Under the pieces are notes generated by a model, which was given only the letters and a program-made list of their open reading frames with translations, was not told the DNA's origin and made no database searches. From NCBI GenBank assembly GCA_038889235.1, contig JAWAHN010000003.1:413703-445702 (forward strand): DNA of 32,000 bases. The letters are read 5' to 3'. The stretch comes from Candidatus Jordarchaeales archaeon. Lineage in GTDB: Archaea > Asgardarchaeota > Jordiarchaeia > Jordiarchaeales > Freyrarchaeaceae. Each line of letters opens with the position of its first letter. Position 1 is the first letter of the stretch. Shown here piece after piece: positions 26,659 through 32,000 of the stretch. Position numbers and translations under genes: made by a program.

Positions 26659-27978
26659 CTACCGCGCAGTCTTTCTTAGAAGCTCGACCGCCTCGCTGAG
26701 GGGTATTTGTTCGTAGCGCTTTTTTTCATCCCTCAGGTAGACTGTCACGGTTCCAGTTGACTCCTCTTTCTCCCCGACGAATACCAGGGCGCGTATCCCC
26801 TTCTTCTCCGAGTACTCAAGCTGCTTCTTGTGGCTTCTCCTCATAAGGTCCACTTGAGTCTTCAATCCCTCCTTTCGCATCTCTTCAGCAACTTTGCGAG
26901 CGTAGCCTTTACACTTCTCATCCAAAGATATGACGAAAACCTGTGTACACGTTTTCTTTTCGAGGCTGAAAAGCCCCAACTCCAGCCCGGCGTCTATGAT
27001 CCTCTCAAGCCCTATGCTCACACCCGTCGAGGGAGTCTTAGGACCGCCGTAGCGCTCTATGAGGTCATCGTATCTTCCTCCTCCCGCCAGTGCGCCTATC
27101 CTAGGCTCGTCCACGTAGACTTCAAGTATTGGCCCGGTGTAATAATCTAGCCCCCTCACCATGCTTAGGTCGAGCACTATGTTGTTCTTGTGACTAGAAA
27201 GGTCCATTAGTTCACGCAAGTGTCCGACCGCTGTCCTAACGTTGGCGTTACGCCCAAATTTGTCCTCCAGCTCGTCGAGCGACTTTTCCGGGTTTCCCGA
27301 AACCCCCACGGTCTCCATTATCTTTTCGACCTCAGCTTCCCCCAGCCCTGCCTTGAGTAGCTCGCCTCTCACCCCACTCTCCCCTATCTTCTCGAGCTTG
27401 TCTATAGCTCTGAACACCTCTAAGACTTTCCCTTCACCATAGCGGGAAATGTTGAACTCCTCCTCGAATATACCTTTCAAGAGGCGTCTGTCGTTCAGTC
27501 TTACTCTGAACTCCTTGTAGCCGAGTGATTCCATCACGTCACACACGACATCGACTATCTCAGCGTCAGCTTCAGGGTAGGGTGATCCGACTATGTCCGC
27601 ATCACACTGCCAGAACTCCCTGTAGCGCCCCTTCTGGGGCCTTTCATGTCTCCAGACGCGGCCAATGTGGTACCTTTTGAATGGCAGCGTTGGAGGGTTG
27701 CTGGCGACAAACCTGGCAAGGGGCACTGTGAGGTCGTATCTGAGGGCAAGCCACTCGCCGCTCCACGGGTCCTGGAAGCGGTAGAGAAGCTTGGATTCAA
27801 CCTCCTCCCCATACTTGCCCTTCAACGTCTCCCAGTACTCTATTGCGGGTGTCTCCAAAGGGTCGAACCCGTAGCGTTCAAAGACGTCCTCGATCACACT
27901 TATAACTCTCTTCCTTAAGAGGAGGACTTCTGGGGGGAAGTCTCTGAAGCCGCGGGGAATACTATACCTGGTCGACAC
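26659..27978 (-). CDS. hisS: Histidyl-tRNA synthetase
   Basis: PRGFRDFPP, LRYDLTVPLAR, WRHERPQKGRYREFWQCDAD, RGLDYYTG, GGGRYDDL, GVSIGLERI. GTG start at 27978 follows a GGAGGTG RBS; the longer ORF runs into the tRNA. Confidence 0.97.
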   Translation of the reverse strand: MSTRYSIPRGFRDFPPEVLLLRKRVISVIEDVFERYGFDPLETPAIEYWETLKGKYGEEVESKLLYRFQDPWSGEWLALRYDLTVPLARFVASNPPTLPFKRYHIGRVWRHERPQKGRYREFWQCDADIVGSPYPEADAEIVDVVCDVMESLGYKEFRVRLNDRRLLKGIFEEEFNISRYGEGKVLEVFRAIDKLEKIGESGVRGELLKAGLGEAEVEKIMETVGVSGNPEKSLDELEDKFGRNANVRTAVGHLRELMDLSSHKNNIVLDLSMVRGLDYYTGPILEVYVDEPRIGALAGGGRYDDLIERYGGPKTPSTGVSIGLERIIDAGLELGLFSLEKKTCTQVFVISLDEKCKGYARKVAEEMRKEGLKTQVDLMRRSHKKQLEYSEKKGIRALVFVGEKEESTGTVTVYLRDEKKRYEQIPLSEAVELLRKTAR

Positions 27979-28048
27979 GGACACCTCCGCACTGACCAGC
28001 AGTTTACCGCCTGGAGAACGAGGCGGACTAGTGGAAGTGAAGTATGAG

Positions 28049-28197
28049 GGTGCCGGGCGGGATTCTCGTGGATTGTATCCAAGTCGAACCCGCGACCTCG
28101 GGACTGCATGCACACGTGCTTTGCTGCCCCGACCTGGGTCCACAGTCCCGCGCTGGTGGGGCTTCCTACAGCTCTCCCAGGCTGAGCTACCGGCACC
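28049..28197 (-). tRNA. tRNA-His(GUG) with introns at 22/23, in the anticodon loop (35 nt) and at 59/60
   Basis: Exons assemble to G(-1)-GTGCCGG TA GCTC AGCCTGGGA GAGC G CGGGA CTGTGGA TCCCG AGGTC GCGGG TTCGACT CCCGC CCGGCAC C (74 nt plus G-1). G-1:C73 is the His identity element. Inserts at 28155-28173, 28104-28139 and 28063-28082. CCA is not encoded. Confidence 0.88.
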
Positions 28198-28220
28198 TCA
28201 ACAAAGAGATAGTCACTTAG

Positions 28221-28235
28221 TTTTTAAAGGTTTTC
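28221..28235 (-). promoter_or_regulatory. BRE-TATA promoter of tRNA-His (and probably hisS)
   Basis: Minus strand GAAAAC-CTTTAAAAA about 25 nt upstream of the tRNA 5' end. Confidence 0.7.
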
Positions 28236-28271
28236 TGCTCTTCGGCGGCTCTGAGAATGGTCCTGGGAAGC

Positions 28272-28685
28272 TTACGTCCCGTTTTCACGCTTTTCTTTTG
28301 AGTTGCCTAGTATGCTCCTAACTTTCTTGACTGTCCCCCTAAGCTTCTGGAGCATTAGCCCAAGCTGGTGTTCGGGTATCCCTGCGGCGACCAGTATCAC
28401 TTGACCAGCTTCCATGGCGATGATGAAGCCCTTGGTCCCGTGTACTATACACTCTGTCACATCACCCTGGATGAACGCTTTAGAAATAAGGTTGCATGCG
28501 GAAAAAAGGCTGAAAGCGCTCTCTAGGGCCTTCTCCGGGTCAGAGTACTTGAGCCTTTCAACTACCATGTTCCCCGAGAGGTCCAACACTAGGATGTCGA
28601 CATTTCCTGGGTAGTTCTCGTTCTTCAGGAGAGTATTCAATTTCTCTGCAATCTCCCTACTTATGGGACTAGCGCGCTCTATCAA
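28272..28685 (-). CDS. Roadblock/LC7 (LAMTOR2-like) domain protein
   Basis: Helix, ILVLDLSGNMV, helix with AFSLFSAC, ECIVHGTKGFIIAMEAG, ILVAAG, and QLGLMLQKLR match the roadblock fold pattern. Start probably TTG 28685. Confidence 0.75.
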   Translation of the reverse strand: MIERASPISREIAEKLNTLLKNENYPGNVDILVLDLSGNMVVERLKYSDPEKALESAFSLFSACNLISKAFIQGDVTECIVHGTKGFIIAMEAGQVILVAAGIPEHQLGLMLQKLRGTVKKVRSILGNSKEKRENGT

Positions 28686-28881
28686 GGTTTCCTCGCCTCG
28701 GAAAAAGAAGGGGCTACAAGAACACCACACACTGAGAAGCGGTGAAATATAAAGATTCTAGTTAAGACATACATTTCTTCAGCTTTGGAGCCCAAGGGGG
28801 TTCCATGCTTCTTCACGGAGGAGGAAAAAGAAATATTGAGGATAGCGCGATGTATCAGCAAGAGGCACGGAGGAGAGCGAT

Positions 28882-29370
28882 TTGGGTGCATTCGCTCCCG
28901 GTGGTCTCGAAAGCGCGGCAACGCTTCCGAAAAATATCTTGAAATACTGCATGCAGTGCTCGCTGTGCTCGAGCGTCTGCCCCACAGCCCGCCTCGTCAA
29001 AGAGTTTAACCCTAGACGCATAGTTTGGGGAGCGATCCTGGGTCTCGAGGATGACGCTGTGGAAAACGGCAGCGTGTGGTTCTGCCTTAGTTGCCACCTC
29101 TGCTCCGAGGTATGCCCCATGAAGGTGAAGGTTTCAAGCCTGATGACGTTCTTCAAAAACCTGCTCGCTGAAAGGGGGAAAATCCCAGAGGGGGTCCTAC
29201 AGGAGGCGAGCATGATTTTCAAGACTGGGAGAGGGGTGCCATACTCGCCCGCCGTCGAGAAGAGGAGGGCTTCTCTATCGCTTCCCCCACTTCCACCCGT
29301 TGACATCGAGGAGATTAAAAAGCTGCTGGGCAGGCTGAAGCTACCGATCGAGGGAGGAGAGGGGAAATGA
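28882..29370 (+). CDS. hdrC: Heterodisulfide reductase subunit C paralogue
   Basis: CMQCSLCSSVCP and WFCLSCHLCSEVCPM. TTG start follows a GGAGG RBS. ATGA overlap with the next gene. Confidence 0.88.
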   Translation: MGAFAPGGLESAATLPKNILKYCMQCSLCSSVCPTARLVKEFNPRRIVWGAILGLEDDAVENGSVWFCLSCHLCSEVCPMKVKVSSLMTFFKNLLAERGKIPEGVLQEASMIFKTGRGVPYSPAVEKRRASLSLPPLPPVDIEEIKKLLGRLKLPIEGGEGK

Positions 29371-30239
29371 CGGATTATTCGCTCTTCTTGGGGTGCATTA
29401 TCCCCTTACGGTTCCCCTTCCTTGAAGCGTCCTCGAGGAAAGTGCTTGACCTTCTGGGCGTGAGGTGTGAAACGCTTAAGGGTGCAAGTTGCTGCCCCGA
29501 CCCTGTTGGCGTCCAGTCTGTTAGCTTCAAGGCGTGGCTTTACATTGCTGCTAGGAACCTAGCGCTCGCCGAGGAGGAGGGGAGGGACGTTTTGACTCTT
29601 TGCAGCGGGTGCTTTGAGACCCTTAAGACCGCCAGGGAGATTCTGCTGCAGAGCCCCGAGCTCATGGAGGAGGTGAACGAGGCCCTAAAGAGCATAGATA
29701 GGGAGTTTAAGGGGGAGGTAGACGTCGTGCACCTAGTCGAAGCTATATACAGAGTTGGGCCCGGAAAGGTGAGAAACATGGTTGTGAGGGAGCTAGACGC
29801 CGGGGTGGCGGTTCACTACGGGTGCCACTTGTTGAGGCCAAGCGAGCACCTTAGGTTCGACGACCCGGAGAACCCGAGGAAGCTGGATGAGCTCGTCGAG
29901 GCGCTCGGTGCCCGGAGCGTTGAGTACGAGTACAAGCACCTGTGCTGCGGGGCGACTGTGGGCAACGTCAAGAGGGATTTAGCCCACGAGTACGTTAAGT
30001 GGAAGCTTAAGTTTATCGCTAGATCGGGGGCGGAGTGCATGGTTGTAGCCTGCCCCTTCTGCTTTGCGCAGTACGACCTTGGACAGGTAGAGCTCAGTAG
30101 GAGGGGGGAGAGGTTCAACCTGCCAGTCTTCTACTACCCTGAAATGCTCGGCCTAGCTTTAGGTTGCAGCTATAGGGAGCTTGGGCTACACATGCACAGG
30201 ACGAGCGTGGAGCCCTTCCTGAGAAAACACATACTTTAA
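29367..30239 (+). CDS. hdrB: Heterodisulfide reductase subunit B paralogue
   Basis: LFLGC, SCCPDP, LCSGCF, HYGCHLL, LCCGA, ACPFCFAQYD. Confidence 0.92.
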   Translation: MTDYSLFLGCIIPLRFPFLEASSRKVLDLLGVRCETLKGASCCPDPVGVQSVSFKAWLYIAARNLALAEEEGRDVLTLCSGCFETLKTAREILLQSPELMEEVNEALKSIDREFKGEVDVVHLVEAIYRVGPGKVRNMVVRELDAGVAVHYGCHLLRPSEHLRFDDPENPRKLDELVEALGARSVEYEYKHLCCGATVGNVKRDLAHEYVKWKLKFIARSGAECMVVACPFCFAQYDLGQVELSRRGERFNLPVFYYPEMLGLALGCSYRELGLHMHRTSVEPFLRKHIL

Positions 30240-30246
30240 CTCGTTC

Positions 30247-30438
30247 TCAGTAGCTTTCGCCCATCTCCCGCAGAGTTTTCTTGAGCTGGCTGATCGTTCT
30301 AGCCAAGTTGTTCAGTATGATAAGGTCGTCCCGCGTTTTGTGCTCTTTCCCCCTAAGATACTCCCTGTAAACTCTTTGAAGCTCCTCGAGGAACGCTTTC
30401 ACGTCCTCCTTGCTCATCTTCACGTGAAACTCTAACAC
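30247..30438 (-). CDS. Small helical hypothetical protein (63 aa)
   Basis: Charged amphipathic composition like the real genes in this window, GTG start with GAGGG upstream, and it fills an otherwise empty gap. Confidence 0.5.
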   Translation of the reverse strand: MLEFHVKMSKEDVKAFLEELQRVYREYLRGKEHKTRDDLIILNNLARTISQLKKTLREMGESY

Positions 30439-30579
30439 CCAGGAGCCCTCCGCAGACGAGATGAAGAGTCTAGTTGAGGGAGACTAGAAGGGAAAAATAA
30501 AGACGCGTAATAGTGAGAAAATACCGAGGCGGCATCCAGGCGCCGGGACTAAAAAGTAGCTTTCCAGCTCCAAGACTTG

Positions 30580-31167
30580 TTAGAACGCGAGCTGCAACAC
30601 GTTGTAGTACACTACGTCCCCTTGCCTGTTTACTAAAGCCATCGTGAGCTGCTTCCTCGTGCTAACTGCGAGCTTGGTGACGCGGTCGAGCTCCTTAAGG
30701 TCTATGGGGGTTCCCTCGGTAACAATGTATATGAGGTTCTTCGCCACTTCCTCTCCAGCCTTGCAACCCCTCGGGTATAACCTGAAGTCTATTCCGCCGC
30801 CGAAGCCCTGCTTGACAACATACCCTCTGCTCCTCAAGTCCCTGTAGACGAGGTACCGCACCCAGACTTTTGGATCCCTTTTACTGAAGTGCTTCACAAG
30901 GTCGCGGAACGCGTACTCCCTCCCTTCTTCGTCCTTAACTATGAGTCTTCCACGCTCCACAAGTAGCAGGGCTTCAACCGGTGTTAGGTGGAGCTTGCCG
31001 TCGCCTTCAAACTCGCCGTAGCTACCTTTCTCGTATATCTTTCTGCCCTCCTCTTCGCTTACGACAACCTCGTCGTCTCTCAGCAGGCCGGAGAAGACCT
31101 CTAGTTCTTCCTCTCCTTCCTCTTTGAAGAATAACCCCTCTTGCTGCTCTTCCCTTTCTTCCTCCAT
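30580..31167 (-). CDS. endA: tRNA-splicing endonuclease subunit, probably a structural (beta-type) paralogue
   Basis: LTPVEALLLVERG, YLVYRDLRSRGYVVK, DFRLY, STRKQLTMALV...GDVVYY. The position of the catalytic His is Val. Confidence 0.88.
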   Translation of the reverse strand: MEEEREEQQEGLFFKEEGEEELEVFSGLLRDDEVVVSEEEGRKIYEKGSYGEFEGDGKLHLTPVEALLLVERGRLIVKDEEGREYAFRDLVKHFSKRDPKVWVRYLVYRDLRSRGYVVKQGFGGGIDFRLYPRGCKAGEEVAKNLIYIVTEGTPIDLKELDRVTKLAVSTRKQLTMALVNRQGDVVYYNVLQLAF

Positions 31168-31246
31168 TTAACGCCACCAGAACTTTGTTATATGGGGAAG
31201 TGTTTTAAAGTTTCCCTGCACCGAAGGGAGAAGTGGTGACCTGAAG

Positions 31247-31762
31247 TTGCTTGCCGGCAAACTGAGGGAGTTGCTTAAGGGGGCACGTAGGGTCGCAGTG
31301 ATAGGCGTGGGGAGCAGGTTTAGGGGGGATGACGCGCTAGGTCTGGAAGTAGCCAGGAGGCTTAAAGGAGCCGGGCTGAGGGGCGTGCTGGTGGTGGAGG
31401 CTGAAACCGTGCCTGAGAACTTCACAGGCGAGCTTAGAAGGTTCCACCCAAGCCACGTCTTGCTCGTGGACGCAGCGCACTTTGGAGGTAAACCGGGGGA
31501 TGTCGTCGTAGCGTCCGGCTCCTCATCCATGCGCGGAGTTTCTTTCTCGACGCACCACATGCCGCTTTCCATGTTCGCAAGATTCGTTGAGGCATCAATA
31601 GGCTCAACGGTCGTCCTGGTTGGGGTCCAGCCGGGTAGCCTCCACGGGGAGGGGCTCTCACCCGAGGTGGAAGACGCGGTGTCAATTCTCACAAAGATTT
31701 TAAGCGAAGTCCTTTCAGAATTACCGGGCTTAGAGGCGGTGTCCGAAATTGGAGAGAATTAG
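31247..31762 (+). CDS. hycI: Hydrogenase maturation endopeptidase (HycI-like)
   Basis: VIGVGSRFRGDDALG, ETVPENFT, LVDAAHFG, STHHMPL, VGVQP...EGLSPEV. Confidence 0.9.
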   Translation: MLAGKLRELLKGARRVAVIGVGSRFRGDDALGLEVARRLKGAGLRGVLVVEAETVPENFTGELRRFHPSHVLLVDAAHFGGKPGDVVVASGSSSMRGVSFSTHHMPLSMFARFVEASIGSTVVLVGVQPGSLHGEGLSPEVEDAVSILTKILSEVLSELPGLEAVSEIGEN

Positions 31763-32000
31763 GGCTTTCATAGCGGTGGACGTCCAGGATCCGGGCGTTC
31801 TCGAAATGGTTAGGCGGATACAAGAAGATCTTTCGCGCCACGTGAAAGCTAAGTTCGTCGAGCTTGAGAACATCCACTTCACATTGAAGTTTCTGGGGGA
31901 GATAAGCGAGGAAGCAGTGGAGGAAGTTCACGGGGTCATGAAGGAGCTGAAGTTTGAGCCATTCGAGCTGAGGCTGTGCGGGGTAGGCTGCTTCCCCGAC
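31749..32000 (+). CDS. thpR: RNA 2',3'-cyclic phosphodiesterase / 2'-5' RNA ligase (2H family), N-terminal part
   Basis: Manual translation from TTG 31749: MERIRAFIAVDVQDP...ENIHFTLKFLGEI...FEPFELRLCGVGCFP, with the first HxT motif. Runs off the window end. Confidence 0.92.
   Translation, partial: MERIRAFIAVDVQDPGVLEMVRRIQEDLSRHVKAKFVELENIHFTLKFLGEISEEAVEEVHGVMKELKFEPFELRLCGVGCFPD

Noticed and set aside
27979-28143. 55-codon N-terminal extension of hisS in the ORF track
   Set aside because: It runs through the tRNA-His gene. A strong GGAGGTG RBS precedes GTG 27978, where HisS similarity begins.
28785-29009. 74-aa ORF suggesting a frameshifted N-terminus of hdrC2
   Set aside because: hdrC2 has its own GGAGG RBS and TTG start at 28882, and the overlapping ORF has no recognisable motif.
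352-29370. Other TGA stops (ABC ATPase, GlcD-like, acyltransferase, comA, hdrC, ppcA, hdrC2) as Sec codons
   Set aside because: All fall at natural C-termini, several in start/stop overlaps, with no Cys-equivalent context and no convincing SECIS.
526-31931. Numerous 60-160 aa ORFs antisense or out of frame within carAB, mvh, hdr and other genes
   Set aside because: Shadow ORFs of well-supported genes with no motifs.
1-32000. CRISPR array or cas genes to explain the CARF-like protein
   Set aside because: No regularly spaced direct repeats or cas ORFs were seen in this window.

Overview
Archaeal chromosomal window (Shine-Dalgarno GGAGG/GGTG motifs, TATA-type promoters, many TTG/GTG starts) dominated by energy and central metabolism: an ABC-2 exporter operon with a PrsW-family protease, FBP aldolase/phosphatase, a decayed IS200/IS605 tnpB remnant, carAB, a GlcD-like FAD oxidoreductase, comA-comB, an Mvh/Vhu hydrogenase operon divergent from hdrA-hdrCB, an HdrD/GlcF-like protein, archaeal PEP carboxylase, hisS, a Roadblock/LC7 protein, a second hdrCB pair, an EndA paralogue, a hydrogenase maturation protease and thpR. 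Two important elements are missing from the ORF track. (1) A 49-codon selenoprotein gene, vhuU (14727-14876, minus; RAYDC-U-LGCAAH), supplies the nickel-binding C-terminus that the truncated hydrogenase large subunit lacks and is followed by a eukaryote-type (AUGA...AAA...GA) SECIS hairpin. (2) A tRNA-His(GUG) gene (28049-28197, minus) is interrupted at three sites by three or possibly four introns and lies directly upstream of hisS, near an EndA copy lacking the catalytic His. Other unusual items are an ABC ATPase with two tandem TrmB-type sugar-binding subdomains, a stand-alone wHTH-CARF regulator with no CRISPR context, and a 26-bp perfect palindrome. The combination suggests a Sec-using, probably Asgard-like archaeon; this is inference only, and no database search was run.
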